This document shows positions 47,138-57,302 of a stretch of 64,000 nt of DNA, one piece after another (the first letter of the stretch is position 1; each line of letters begins with the position of its first letter). The notes under the pieces were generated by a model. It did no database searches. It was not told the DNA's origin and saw nothing but the letters and a program-made list of their open reading frames with translations. The position numbers and the translations under genes are program-made. The stretch is from Oceanispirochaeta sp. (GTDB lineage: Bacteria > Spirochaetota > Spirochaetia > DSM-2461). The DNA is taken from contig CAXXXD010000002.1 of the NCBI GenBank assembly GCA_963663385.2, positions 1,120,001-1,184,000 on the forward strand, read 5' to 3'.

Positions 47138-49066
47138 TTATACAATCCTGCCGACCAGGGAGTACAACTCATCCCTGGTCAGCCTGAACCACAGGAGCCT
47201 CCCATGGGGGCAGCGGGGATTTTCCAGCGCCAGAGCCCCCTTCAGAAGTTCAATAGCCGCACCGGGATCTATGTGATCCCCTTCCTTGATGGCGTTCCGG
47301 CAGGACATGGTGGCATAGAGTTCCTTCTGCAGTTCCGCCGGTGAACCTTTCCGGCATTTGAGAAACTCGATAATCCGGTTTTCCAGGGAGAGGGCCGCCC
47401 GGGGAAGGGCGCTTAACTCGTACAGATCCTCTTCCCTTTTTCTGAAACGGATGCCCAGCTTTTCAAAAACTCCCTTCTGGGCTTCCATAAAACGGGCTTC
47501 TTCCGGGCTGACTTCAAACTCCAGGGGTATGAGGAGTTCCTGCACGCCGGGATCATTATTTTTGTAACGCTCGTAGAGGATCTTCTCATGAGCGGCATGC
47601 TGATCGACTATGTACAGATCCGTGCCGACTTCCGCCAGGAGAAACACTCCCATAATCTGCCCCATATAGCGGATGGTTTCTCCCGATGGGGAGGCTGCGG
47701 CAGGCATCGCTGATCCGGAGTCGGGGGACGGGCCGGACTGTCCTGTCCGGGGCGGATGGAGTTCCTGCCTGAGGGGCGGGGTTTCCCTGACCAGCTGGGT
47801 GAACCTTTCTGTCTGGGCTGCCGGAGTAGCGGGATATGCCCGGCCTGTAAAGCTGCTGTGTACCCCGTTACTCCCTTTCCCTGCGCTGTAACTTCTCTTT
47901 TCCGTATTAACGGGGGCGGGCCAGGAAGGAGTGCTTTTATATACCGGCGTGACAGCCCCTTCCCGACGGGGGAATGAGGGCGGCTGAAGAGGGCCGGTAC
48001 TGCTGCCTGAATCCGGTATGTTCTTTAGATCCATATCCATCTGTCTGACCTCCGGAGACGCCTGCCGGGGACGGAGGGGATTAAACTCCCTCAGGAAATC
48101 CTTGATCAGGGATACCAGTTCATGGTGAATCTGCGGACCTGTCCGGAACCGGGCTTCCCGTTTGGCCGGGTGGATATTGAAATCCACAAGCGCCGGATCC
48201 ACATTCAGAAAAACGAAGCAGACCGGGAACACCCCTCCCGGCAGAATCTCGTCGTAGCCGTACTGTACCGCCTGCATAAAGGCGTACTCGTCTATCCGTC
48301 TGTTATTGGCGAAGATCTGTATATACCGGCGGTCGTTCCTGTTCAATTCGGGTCGTCCCGCCACGATGGTAATATCGAAGCCGTCCAGCACGGCCTGTCT
48401 CTCAACCAGCATTCCCCCGGGGATGGCGCTGCCGTAAGCGGCGGCCACTCTGTCCTTTAATGAGGAAGGGGGAAGAGAGAGTTTCACTTTCCCGTCCATG
48501 GTGAGCTGAAAGTGAACATCCGGGAAGGGCAGGGCCTTTTCCAGAAAGGTCTTGCGGCAGAGGGTCCCCTCCGACTGGGGGCGTTTGAGAAACTTTTTCC
48601 GGGCCGGGATGGAGTAGAAAATATCGGAGGCTTCTATGATAGTTCCCTTTTCTCCCCGCCAGGGAACGGGATCTGTCAGTCTGCCGTCCCGGATAGTCAG
48701 CCGGTGTGTCTCCCCGTTCCGGGTACTGATAATGTCCAGGCGGGAGCTGGCGGCTATGCTTGAAAGGGCCTCTCCCCTGAATCCCAGGCTTCGGATATGC
48801 ATCAGGTCATTTTCCGATTCAATCTTGCTGGTGGCATGGGGGAGGCAGCAGAGGGTCATGTCCTCCCGGGTCATACCGATCCCGTTGTCTACCAGACGTA
48901 TTCTGGAAATGCCGCCGTTTTCCAGATTGAGATCCAGACGGGAGGCTCCCGCATCAATGGCGTTATCCATCAATTCCCGCACAATGGAATTGGGGCGGTC
49001 TATAACTTCTCCGGCGGCAATCTTCCGGGCTACTGATTCTTTCAGGACTCTGACGGCTTTTTCCAT
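47138..49066 (-). CDS. mutL: DNA mismatch repair endonuclease MutL
   Basis: IAAGEVIDRP, GFRGEAL, DQHAAHE, CPHGR. Confidence 0.97.
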   Translation of the reverse strand: MEKAVRVLKESVARKIAAGEVIDRPNSIVRELMDNAIDAGASRLDLNLENGGISRIRLVDNGIGMTREDMTLCCLPHATSKIESENDLMHIRSLGFRGEALSSIAASSRLDIISTRNGETHRLTIRDGRLTDPVPWRGEKGTIIEASDIFYSIPARKKFLKRPQSEGTLCRKTFLEKALPFPDVHFQLTMDGKVKLSLPPSSLKDRVAAAYGSAIPGGMLVERQAVLDGFDITIVAGRPELNRNDRRYIQIFANNRRIDEYAFMQAVQYGYDEILPGGVFPVCFVFLNVDPALVDFNIHPAKREARFRTGPQIHHELVSLIKDFLREFNPLRPRQASPEVRQMDMDLKNIPDSGSSTGPLQPPSFPRREGAVTPVYKSTPSWPAPVNTEKRSYSAGKGSNGVHSSFTGRAYPATPAAQTERFTQLVRETPPLRQELHPPRTGQSGPSPDSGSAMPAAASPSGETIRYMGQIMGVFLLAEVGTDLYIVDQHAAHEKILYERYKNNDPGVQELLIPLEFEVSPEEARFMEAQKGVFEKLGIRFRKREEDLYELSALPRAALSLENRIIEFLKCRKGSPAELQKELYATMSCRNAIKEGDHIDPGAAIELLKGALALENPRCPHGRLLWFRLTRDELYSLVGRIV

Positions 49067-49078
49067 GTCATTAAGCTA

Positions 49079-52000
49079 TCAGAAAGTGATCTCCAGCTCT
49101 ACCCCCAGCTCATAGGCGTTCCTGAAAACTTCATGTTTTCCGCCCAGTCCCAGAGACATCCATCCCTTAAGGGAACCGAGATCGTCCACAACCAGTCTGG
49201 ACTCGTGGGTCAGTATGGTATCGTAGGTTGTATTGTCCTGATCTTCTCCGTCAAAATACCCTGTAAAAACAAGTTTCTCCCGGTGTTCCATGTGGTTCGA
49301 TTTTACAATCAGATGGTCAAAGAGGGGGATATTGATCCAGGCGTTCTCCGGTTCCCTCCAGCTGAATATAAGCTGCAGATCATCCTGTTTCAGTTCATCT
49401 TCAAAGTCGACTGTAAAGCTGTTGTCCAGAGCGATATCCCACATTTCCTCTCCCATCAGGCTGATATAATTCTGGTAGGTGAGTTCTTCCGGTTCGGGGG
49501 CCCAGCTTTTACGGCCGGACATAACATACTGGATGGAACTGGTCCATTCATCGGTTTTATAGAAGCGGAAGAGGGGAGTGCTGCCCCAGTCTCCGAAGAT
49601 ATTCAGGGCCGACTGAATCAGCTGGAACTCCCAGTGGTTTTCCCGGTACAGGGTGTCCTGATCCTTTATATACTCCCTGTCCATGGATATATCCATGGAA
49701 GAGGGCAGAAAAAGATCGCTCAGGTACGAACCCGGCATCCGGGAGAGGGAAAGAAATACTGTCGGGGTATAGCTGCTCTCATCAGTCAGGGTCAGGGTTT
49801 CTTCAAAGGCATTCATGGAATCGTCGCTGAATATCTCATGAAATGGAACGAAGTTCCAGAGGGGGAACTGGGATTCGATTCCCCTGAAGAGGGTATCCAT
49901 ATCGTCCCTGAAATCCCTGTGATCCCCCGGATAGAGGGTATTTTCCAGTTCACGGGAGTAACCGGGTTTCAGGGTCCATTCCCCCCGGGAGGATTGGAAG
50001 GTCAGGGGGAAGCTGAGCTCCGATTCCCAGCGGTTTTCCTGTACCCACTCATACTCTTCCTCCGCCCTGTATTCCAGGGCCGGTTCCCAGTTGATACCGA
50101 AGACTTCCCCTGTCAGGGTGAAGGTGCCTCTGCCGAATCCTTCCCGGCTTTCGATATCCTCCTGCAGAGGTCTGACATATTTAAAATCCGCCGCCCAGTC
50201 ACTGAAGTAATCACTGGAATCGCTCTCCCAGGCCGCTGTCTGATAAAGGTCCAGGGACAGACGGATACTTCCCGCATCAAATGGTTTGAGAGTGATCCAT
50301 CCCCCCCATTTCTGCAGAATCTGTTCGTCCGATCCGTCGCTTCCTGTGCTCCCCTGCAGGGTCAGGAGTGAGAAGGGGGTCAGGTAGAGGATGTTTTCCC
50401 TCTCCATCACATCATCACCTGGATGAAAAGAGCGGCTGTACCGGTCGGAAACCCATCCGAAAGAGGAGGACGAGGGGAGCCGGACCAGATGCCCCCCGGA
50501 GTAGAACGTATCGGTTTCATTCCGGAGAAGGTCAAAATCTCCTTCCAGACGGACATTCATAAAGTCTATGCCGCTGCTGAGCTGACTCTCAACCTGATTG
50601 GAGCGATCCGAAAAGAGCGAGTCCCTCTCTTCTGTAAAGTAATTCACCCTGTTGTAGACATTGAAGTTTTTCAGAATGGGAAAGCCCCCCGCTGTAAGCA
50701 GAATATCCCCCGGTCTGGCGTACTCCACGGTATATTCCGCAGTGGCCGCTGTGGAAAAGACGGGATCTGAAAAGTGAAGTTCGTCCAGCAGGAGGGTTCC
50801 CGAGGCCAGATCGGACATTCCAATCTCAAAACGGGTCAGTTCCGCCGCATCCTTATCAATCCCCAGGTTTGATACACTGGACGATCCGGAAAAGGAGGCG
50901 GTCCCCTCCCGCAGGTTCACTTTCAACTGTTCCCAGTCGGTTCCGCCGGGTTCATAGGACAGTCTGATCCCCTTGCCGTCGTTATCTGTCAGGCTGATAT
51001 AACCGGTTCCTCCGGTCCGGCCGTGCCGGATGTACAGGGACAGGATCCCGTAGTTCGAGGGATCGACTCCCTCCATCCAGGCTGTGCCGCTCCAGCTCTC
51101 ATCAGCCGCCAGGGCTGTCCCGTCCCTGCTGTCGTCTCCCCAGGATACTTTAAGGATTTTCTGGGTTTCATCTTCCGGGTGGAATAGGGAGGATACATCG
51201 GGAAAGGCCGTTTCCAGGGTAGAGTCCTCCACTTCAACCGCATCCAGGTTTTTCCCTTCCTGCTCATTCCCCTCCGCATCCAGTACTTTCATCAGGAGAG
51301 GAGAACCCTCTCCGCTGAACCCGGCGGCCAGAAGTTCCCCGCTGGACTCCCCGGATACGCTGTTTGTATTTTCCAGGAGAAAACGGTAGGACCGGACCCG
51401 GCTCAGTTTCTGCCTTTCACTGCTGGTAAGAGGCAGGGTAACCTTTTCCCAGCGGTTCTCCGTCCGAGGGAGGGTAATTAACCGTTCTATAAGGTAACTG
51501 CTGTTTCCCCTGTCCACGCTGCCGCTGTCATCGTTATCTTCGTTCTCTCCGTTTTCCCCCAGGAGAAGGGTTACTTTCAGGTCGTCTTCGCCCAGGTTCT
51601 GCCTGCGCAGATAGAAGCTGAGCTCCGAATAGCCGGACAGATCGATCAGCTCGCCGGTCACCGGGAGATAATCCCCCGCCGCCCAGTCATCCCCCTCCAG
51701 ATTGTAGGTCATAACCATAACCCGGGAAGAGAAGGGATCATCCGAGACCGCTGCAGCCAGCGAGGGGCCCTGTTCATCCTCATCAACAGGAGCGTCCCAG
51801 GTGTAGCTGTTCAGGTAGGTCTGTCCCAGGTTTGTGGTGGTGACAAAATCCCGGTAGATCAGATCAACCCTGTCTGCGGGGTCACAGCTGCTGTTGGCGG
51901 GCGTAAGGTTGTACTCCGGGGGAACCAGCTGGTCCATGGATATGGCAAAGCTGTATCCGCTCTCTTCCATCCCCATAATCCGGAAATTCCCCGCCGTATC

Positions 52001-53719
52001 CGCTGTGGTCAGGTTCAGTCCGGCACCGATCTTCATATTCAGGTTCTCCCTGTCGTAGAACCAGGTGGCCGCCAGGTCAACGATACCGGGGCTCTCTCCC
52101 TCTTCCTCGGTCATCCGGGATTCGGGGATGGTCCATCTGAGGGATTCCGCCAGTTCCAGCTTCATTCCGGGGGTCAGGTTCAGCCTGTTTCCCTGGGCCA
52201 TAAAGAGGTCGCCCCCGCTTAAACCGGCAGACTCTGTCCGGTAGGCTACCTCTATCCGGTCATCCGGGAAGATATAGCGGTTGAACTGCAGTTCTCCCGT
52301 GTCATAGTCTACCGTAACAGTCTGATCTTCCAGACCGTTCACTTTGACTTTTACGGACCCTTTTATCAGCCCCGAACCAAGAAAGTAATCCCCCGCATTC
52401 TCCTTTACGGAGAGTACAATCTTCCGGGACAGCTTGGATTCGTCTGTCGTTTTGCCGGGGCCGTAAATTTCCGGGTTCGCCTTAAAAAAGGGGACTCTGT
52501 TAATACTCTCCCTCTCGTCTTCTCCTGTGACCAGAACCGTCAGGACGTAATCGTCGGGGAGAAAGGTATACTCCGCATCCTCATCCGTTTCAGCGCCCTT
52601 ATCCAGCAGGGCAATGTCGGTTTTCCAGGATTCGTCGGGCAGGCTGCTGTTATAGGTATAGCGGTTATAACTCTGAAAAGGGGAGTATGTATGGGGCCTG
52701 TGAACCAGCAGGGTCTCATTCCCGTCAATTGAAACAAGTGATGTTTCCCGGAATGTCAGACTGTCCGGGTTATAGGGATCTGTTTCATCCCAGCTGAAGG
52801 GAAGGAGGGGCAGAGAAGGATCCGGGCGGCCTTTCCTGTCCGTATCCATGATAAAATCTTCCGCCAGGGCGGAATCTCCCACTTCTGATCCTCCCGACCG
52901 GTAGAAAAGGGCCACCCTTTTTTCAGATGCCGTCTCAAGGGTCAGGATGCCCTCTTTCAGATCAATCCTGAAGCCCGTGTCCAGTTCAGTATAGCGCCGG
53001 CCGTCGGATCCGGAATATTCGCCTTGCTCCGTCTCCTGATACACTGTCAGAGTGCTGATTTCCCTATTGGGGAGGATGAAGTACCGTCCTTCCTGATAGT
53101 CTGTAATCTGTATGATCTCTTCGGTAACTTCATACCCGCCCAGAAAGCTTTTGCTCTGTTCTTCTGTCGGATCGTAGCGGATCATAAACTCATGCTCGGA
53201 CTGTTCTGTCTGAAAGTGACCGCTGACACCGGGTGTATTGTATTCGGGTGAGGATACATCGATCCCTTCGTACTCACCGATACCGATACCGGCATTACCG
53301 ATGCGGACCTCTTTTACGGGGCTGTACTCATCCCCCTTATACCCCATAACATAGGTGTTTTTATCGTATCCTTCGGTAAAGGATGTTTCCAGAAAATAGT
53401 GGTCCAGCAGAAGAACGGAGAGAAAGAAATCCGGTTCCTGTGAGAACTCAAGGCCGTACTGCATATCAGGGAAGGCGGCGGGGAAGACAAAACCGTCCGA
53501 TCCGTTCTCCCATCCCGTACCGTAGGCTACTCTGTAGCGCCAGTACCCCTGCCAGAATACGTCGGTTCCCACATCACCCAGCTTCATATCCAGGATATGA
53601 TCCGGAGCTTCTGTAAAATCTTCAGCAGTTACGATCTCCTCTGCGCAGAGTAACGATGCGGAGGGTGAGAAGATGAGGAAAAATCCCATTATAAGAAAAA
53701 TGAATGTAATATTTTTCAC
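49079..53719 (-). CDS. Very large exported/outer-membrane protein (SprA-like features)
   Basis: Signal peptide, 1546 aa, beta-rich, GSVKVKVNG..TVDYDTGEL segment, C-terminal ELEITF. Confidence 0.6.
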   Translation of the reverse strand: MKNITFIFLIMGFFLIFSPSASLLCAEEIVTAEDFTEAPDHILDMKLGDVGTDVFWQGYWRYRVAYGTGWENGSDGFVFPAAFPDMQYGLEFSQEPDFFLSVLLLDHYFLETSFTEGYDKNTYVMGYKGDEYSPVKEVRIGNAGIGIGEYEGIDVSSPEYNTPGVSGHFQTEQSEHEFMIRYDPTEEQSKSFLGGYEVTEEIIQITDYQEGRYFILPNREISTLTVYQETEQGEYSGSDGRRYTELDTGFRIDLKEGILTLETASEKRVALFYRSGGSEVGDSALAEDFIMDTDRKGRPDPSLPLLPFSWDETDPYNPDSLTFRETSLVSIDGNETLLVHRPHTYSPFQSYNRYTYNSSLPDESWKTDIALLDKGAETDEDAEYTFLPDDYVLTVLVTGEDERESINRVPFFKANPEIYGPGKTTDESKLSRKIVLSVKENAGDYFLGSGLIKGSVKVKVNGLEDQTVTVDYDTGELQFNRYIFPDDRIEVAYRTESAGLSGGDLFMAQGNRLNLTPGMKLELAESLRWTIPESRMTEEEGESPGIVDLAATWFYDRENLNMKIGAGLNLTTADTAGNFRIMGMEESGYSFAISMDQLVPPEYNLTPANSSCDPADRVDLIYRDFVTTTNLGQTYLNSYTWDAPVDEDEQGPSLAAAVSDDPFSSRVMVMTYNLEGDDWAAGDYLPVTGELIDLSGYSELSFYLRRQNLGEDDLKVTLLLGENGENEDNDDSGSVDRGNSSYLIERLITLPRTENRWEKVTLPLTSSERQKLSRVRSYRFLLENTNSVSGESSGELLAAGFSGEGSPLLMKVLDAEGNEQEGKNLDAVEVEDSTLETAFPDVSSLFHPEDETQKILKVSWGDDSRDGTALAADESWSGTAWMEGVDPSNYGILSLYIRHGRTGGTGYISLTDNDGKGIRLSYEPGGTDWEQLKVNLREGTASFSGSSSVSNLGIDKDAAELTRFEIGMSDLASGTLLLDELHFSDPVFSTAATAEYTVEYARPGDILLTAGGFPILKNFNVYNRVNYFTEERDSLFSDRSNQVESQLSSGIDFMNVRLEGDFDLLRNETDTFYSGGHLVRLPSSSSFGWVSDRYSRSFHPGDDVMERENILYLTPFSLLTLQGSTGSDGSDEQILQKWGGWITLKPFDAGSIRLSLDLYQTAAWESDSSDYFSDWAADFKYVRPLQEDIESREGFGRGTFTLTGEVFGINWEPALEYRAEEEYEWVQENRWESELSFPLTFQSSRGEWTLKPGYSRELENTLYPGDHRDFRDDMDTLFRGIESQFPLWNFVPFHEIFSDDSMNAFEETLTLTDESSYTPTVFLSLSRMPGSYLSDLFLPSSMDISMDREYIKDQDTLYRENHWEFQLIQSALNIFGDWGSTPLFRFYKTDEWTSSIQYVMSGRKSWAPEPEELTYQNYISLMGEEMWDIALDNSFTVDFEDELKQDDLQLIFSWREPENAWINIPLFDHLIVKSNHMEHREKLVFTGYFDGEDQDNTTYDTILTHESRLVVDDLGSLKGWMSLGLGGKHEVFRNAYELGVELEITF

Positions 53720-53779
53720 TTTGTATTATTATTAACGTGGAAACAAAGATTAAGCAAACCCTTTATTGGTAGGAATATT

Positions 53780-54697
53780 ATGGAAAACGACAAGGCCAAA
53801 GCTCAGCAATTTCTGAGCCGGCTTATGCAGAATCCTACAATGAATGGATTTTCCGCCCTTCAGCGGGAAGATCAGCTGATGCAGTTTTTTTCCATCAATG
53901 GAGAGAAACTGAAGCCGACCTTATCTTCTCCCGCCTATTTCAGCGGTTGGTCCTGGCAGGATATCAATAAGATTATGATGGACACCCTCTTTGATATGAC
54001 AAACAGGGAGATCCTTCCACAGATTCAATCGGAGATTTTTGACAGGACAAGTTACTCCTATATCTCCTTTATGAAGCTTCCGGCTCCTACAGAAAGTATG
54101 AAGCGGCAGTTAATGAATGTGGTCAAAAAGGTGCTGGAGCATCCACAGGGCCGTCAGGAAATGACCGGTCCCCTTATCGCCCTGCGTACCGGAATTCTTA
54201 AAAAGTACATTATGCTGATTTTCGACAGGCAGAAATATGTACACTTTGAACTTACCCGGGCTCAGAGGCTGAGGATGTCTCAGGAGGAGGTGTACAATCT
54301 TATTAAAACATCCCTGATTCTGAAACCCCTCACGGTGCTCTTTATGCCGGGTGGACCTTCTCAGGGCTCCGTCCAGAACCTCTCTCATGCCTATGCCGAG
54401 AAAGTCACACAGCAGCTGACCAAACTGATTCCGGGACTGCCCGATCCCATTATCCGCAGCGGCGTAAACAGCAGCATGTCCTTTCAGGAGTTTAACGGTC
54501 TGGAGGCTACGGCCCGGCTTACGGCAGTTTTTTCAAGCCGCTGTGCGGGCATGAAACAGGGTATGAAGATAGACCGCGGTGCGGCGGCTTCGGATCAGAG
54601 CTGGTTTAATGTGGCCAGGCGCAACTACAAATACTATGGATATGATTTTGATCTGCTGACAGAGCTGTACAACATATCCGCAGAGAACGGATGGTAA
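53780..54697 (+). CDS. Conserved-looking hypothetical cytoplasmic protein
   Basis: 305-aa ORF with AGGA RBS, 4 bp from next gene. Confidence 0.75.
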   Translation: MENDKAKAQQFLSRLMQNPTMNGFSALQREDQLMQFFSINGEKLKPTLSSPAYFSGWSWQDINKIMMDTLFDMTNREILPQIQSEIFDRTSYSYISFMKLPAPTESMKRQLMNVVKKVLEHPQGRQEMTGPLIALRTGILKKYIMLIFDRQKYVHFELTRAQRLRMSQEEVYNLIKTSLILKPLTVLFMPGGPSQGSVQNLSHAYAEKVTQQLTKLIPGLPDPIIRSGVNSSMSFQEFNGLEATARLTAVFSSRCAGMKQGMKIDRGAAASDQSWFNVARRNYKYYGYDFDLLTELYNISAENGW

Positions 54698-54701
54698 GCT
54701 C

Positions 54702-55820
54702 ATGAAAGAAAAGGTTTCCGGTGCTATAGAAAATTTTATCCTTTTTGTGATCTTTATGGTTCTTGTCCAGACCTTTCTGGAAGATCTGGCCGTTATCCTC
54801 TCCTGGTCCTGGAGTGTCCGGAAAACCCTGATTATCACAGGGTTCGGGTTTGACCTCTTTTTTACCCTGGAATTCCTTATCCGGTATTTTACGGCCCTGA
54901 AAAGGGGAAAAGGGATCCGGTATTTTGTTTATCAGAGGGGATGGATCGATCTGATTGCGTCCCTCCCTCTGCTGCTCCTGAGTTCCGGACCGGCGGTAAT
55001 CTCCCTGATGGACGGAGGCGCTTTTGTGGCCGGAGCGGGAATGCTGAATATGCTGAAGGTTGTCAAAACCGTACGGATCGCCCGGATTCTCCGGCTCCTT
55101 CGTCTTCTGAAGGTGTTCAAAAAAATCAAATTCGTCCACTCTTCCATGGCCCAGAGGCACCTGACCAGGATAATCACTACGGTGATTTCCTCGCTGGTCC
55201 TCGCCCTGACTGGGGTTTCTTTTCTTCTGGCCCAGGTTAATGCCGCGGATGCGGAACACGACTTTGTCCGGAAGCATGAATCTCTGATTGAAACAGCCCT
55301 GGACCTTGAGCAGAAAGATCTTCTGACTTTTTTCGGCGAATCTCTCTTCGGAACCCAGGATTCCGTTCTGATTGTCCGTACCGATAAAGGCACTGTCTAT
55401 TCCCGGTTTAACAACAGCTATTACAGGAAGTGGTTCGGCCCCTCGGACTACGGGTATGTCCGGCAGGGGGATATGGAGGTTTTCTACAGCATGAAGCCCC
55501 TTTATGTAGGTGAGTCCAGGAACAATCTTCTGATCTTTATTTCCATCCTGGTTATGCTGGCGGTTCTGATGCTTTTCTACAGCCCCCATTTCGCCATTAC
55601 CGTGACAGATCCTGTCAATATTATGGCAAAAGGGTTCCGGGATTCCTCCTACAACCTGGAGGTCCTGATTCCCGAGGATCTGAAAGAGGACGATATCTTT
55701 CAGCTGGCCAGACTATACAACGAGGAGTATCTGCCTCTGAAAGCCCGTAATAATACCAGGGAGAGCGGGGCCAGCCTGGCCCTGAAGCTGGAGGACTTTG
55801 ACGATCTTTTGAAAGGATAG
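54702..55820 (+). CDS. Voltage-sensor-domain membrane protein with HAMP-like C-terminus
   Basis: S2 FFTLEFLIR, S3 GWIDLIASLP, S4 KVVKTVRIARILRLLRLLKVFK; two more TMs; TDPVNIM...DDIFQLARLYN. Confidence 0.8.
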   Translation: MKEKVSGAIENFILFVIFMVLVQTFLEDLAVILSWSWSVRKTLIITGFGFDLFFTLEFLIRYFTALKRGKGIRYFVYQRGWIDLIASLPLLLLSSGPAVISLMDGGAFVAGAGMLNMLKVVKTVRIARILRLLRLLKVFKKIKFVHSSMAQRHLTRIITTVISSLVLALTGVSFLLAQVNAADAEHDFVRKHESLIETALDLEQKDLLTFFGESLFGTQDSVLIVRTDKGTVYSRFNNSYYRKWFGPSDYGYVRQGDMEVFYSMKPLYVGESRNNLLIFISILVMLAVLMLFYSPHFAITVTDPVNIMAKGFRDSSYNLEVLIPEDLKEDDIFQLARLYNEEYLPLKARNNTRESGASLALKLEDFDDLLKG

Positions 55821-55821
55821 G

Positions 55822-55967
55822 ACCTCCCCCGGCCCCTCCTCGAGGAGGGGTGCAATCTGCTGGTCATGCTTCCTCCTTCAAAACAAGTGTGTAATTTATA
55901 TTACTTCTCCCCTTGAGGGGAGACTGAGAGGGGTTCGGGAGGAAGTCGCTTCTCCCACAGGGAGAAG
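55822..55967. repeat. Cluster of REP-like CCCCTC/GAGGGG palindromes
   Basis: CCCCTCCT-cg-AGGAGGGG (55833-55850), CTCCCC-ttga-GGGGAG (55907-55922), CTTCTCCC-aca-GGGAGAAG (55949-55967). Confidence 0.7.
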
Positions 55968-55985
55968 GTATGACATAATAGTGAT

Positions 55986-57239
55986 TTATCTTAAGGAAAT
56001 CTCGGGAAAAACCTTTGCCGTTTCTTCGGGAACAATGATCCTGATATAGCGCAGGGCGTCGGTAAATCCCTGAACAACGGGTTCGCTGAAAACCGATCCG
56101 GAATGAATAAAGGGGATATCCCTATCATTGACGAGAATGGGCAGGTCCACTTCGAAAGAGATCTTTGACGGGATATCGATAATCAGGTGATTTTCCGGGA
56201 GCAGGGATTTGTCCTTTTTGCAGATGCTTTCTGCCAGCTGCTCCTCATAGTTGAAGCGGAACTCCAGGTCTGCCAGTTTCCGGTGCAGTTCGTCCCCGTC
56301 ATCAAAGGGAATCTGGTTGACAATCCGGTAGCGTTTGGGGGTCTCCGCCTCCCGTATCAGAGAGGCCAGTTCCTCGGGGAGATCGGTCATACGCTTATAG
56401 AAGTGATCATCATCCATTCCATACAGATCTTCCCCCTTTATCAGTCCCCGGGAGAGACTGAGAAAGACAGCTTTTTTTACCATGGCCGTCGAAATCCGGA
56501 CATCCGTATGCCAGTAGACAGTTTTGTACATAAGGTATTTGGAGAAAAGGATATTCTCTATCGCTGTAACCCCCTTGGAGGTCAGGCCGATACCGGATGA
56601 AGTCGGTCTGATCTGGGATATAACAAAATCGATATCCTGTATCCCGTAGGGAACGCCGCAGAAATAGGCATCCCTGTTCAGGTAGTCCAGTTTATCCGGG
56701 TCCAGGACTCCCGACAGAATGTTTCTGAAAAATATCAGTTCGTCATTCCCCCTGTCGGGGATGGAACTGTCTATTATGGCGGCGGTCAGGTCCGGATCGC
56801 TGCCTATCTTTTCTTTGATTATGCTTCTGAGGCCTGATTCCCGGATCAGCTCCCCGGACAGGACTTCATGGTCCTTGAGAGGGAGTTCCTTAAATGAGTG
56901 GGCATGGGGAAAGTGTCCGATATCATGAAGCATGGAAGCGGTCAGGAAAGCCCTGGCACCCTCCAGTGAAATAAAGGGGCAATCCGCTGAATAAAGCAGG
57001 GTTTTCAGAATCCGCCGGGCCAGAAAGAATACGCCCAGGCTGTGGTTGAGCCTTGTATGGGTGGCCCCGGGGTATACCAGGGCCGCCGGACCAAGCTGTC
57101 TGATCCGGCCCAGTTTCTGAAACTCGGGATCATTCATCAGTTCCCTCAAACCCGGTGTAAGGTAGATATGCTTCCACAGTGGATCCCTGACAGGAACAGT
57201 ATAATCTTCGTTGATATGACGGATAATTGTCTGCTTCAT
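55986..57239 (-). CDS. HD-domain phosphohydrolase (SAMHD1/YwfO-like dNTPase family)
   Basis: RDP, IRQLG, HTRLNHSLG, LHDIGH, DPDKLDYL.RD. Confidence 0.88.
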   Translation of the reverse strand: MKQTIIRHINEDYTVPVRDPLWKHIYLTPGLRELMNDPEFQKLGRIRQLGPAALVYPGATHTRLNHSLGVFFLARRILKTLLYSADCPFISLEGARAFLTASMLHDIGHFPHAHSFKELPLKDHEVLSGELIRESGLRSIIKEKIGSDPDLTAAIIDSSIPDRGNDELIFFRNILSGVLDPDKLDYLNRDAYFCGVPYGIQDIDFVISQIRPTSSGIGLTSKGVTAIENILFSKYLMYKTVYWHTDVRISTAMVKKAVFLSLSRGLIKGEDLYGMDDDHFYKRMTDLPEELASLIREAETPKRYRIVNQIPFDDGDELHRKLADLEFRFNYEEQLAESICKKDKSLLPENHLIIDIPSKISFEVDLPILVNDRDIPFIHSGSVFSEPVVQGFTDALRYIRIIVPEETAKVFPEISLR

Positions 57240-57302
57240 AAGTTTATTATACAGGAAAATGCTTTGACGGTACCCGGGATTTCTGATAAAAGAGTATTAA
57301 TC

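Noticed and set aside
55440..55460. DYGY in the voltage-sensor protein as a K+ selectivity filter
   Set aside because: Lacks the T-x-G-Y-G consensus and a preceding pore helix
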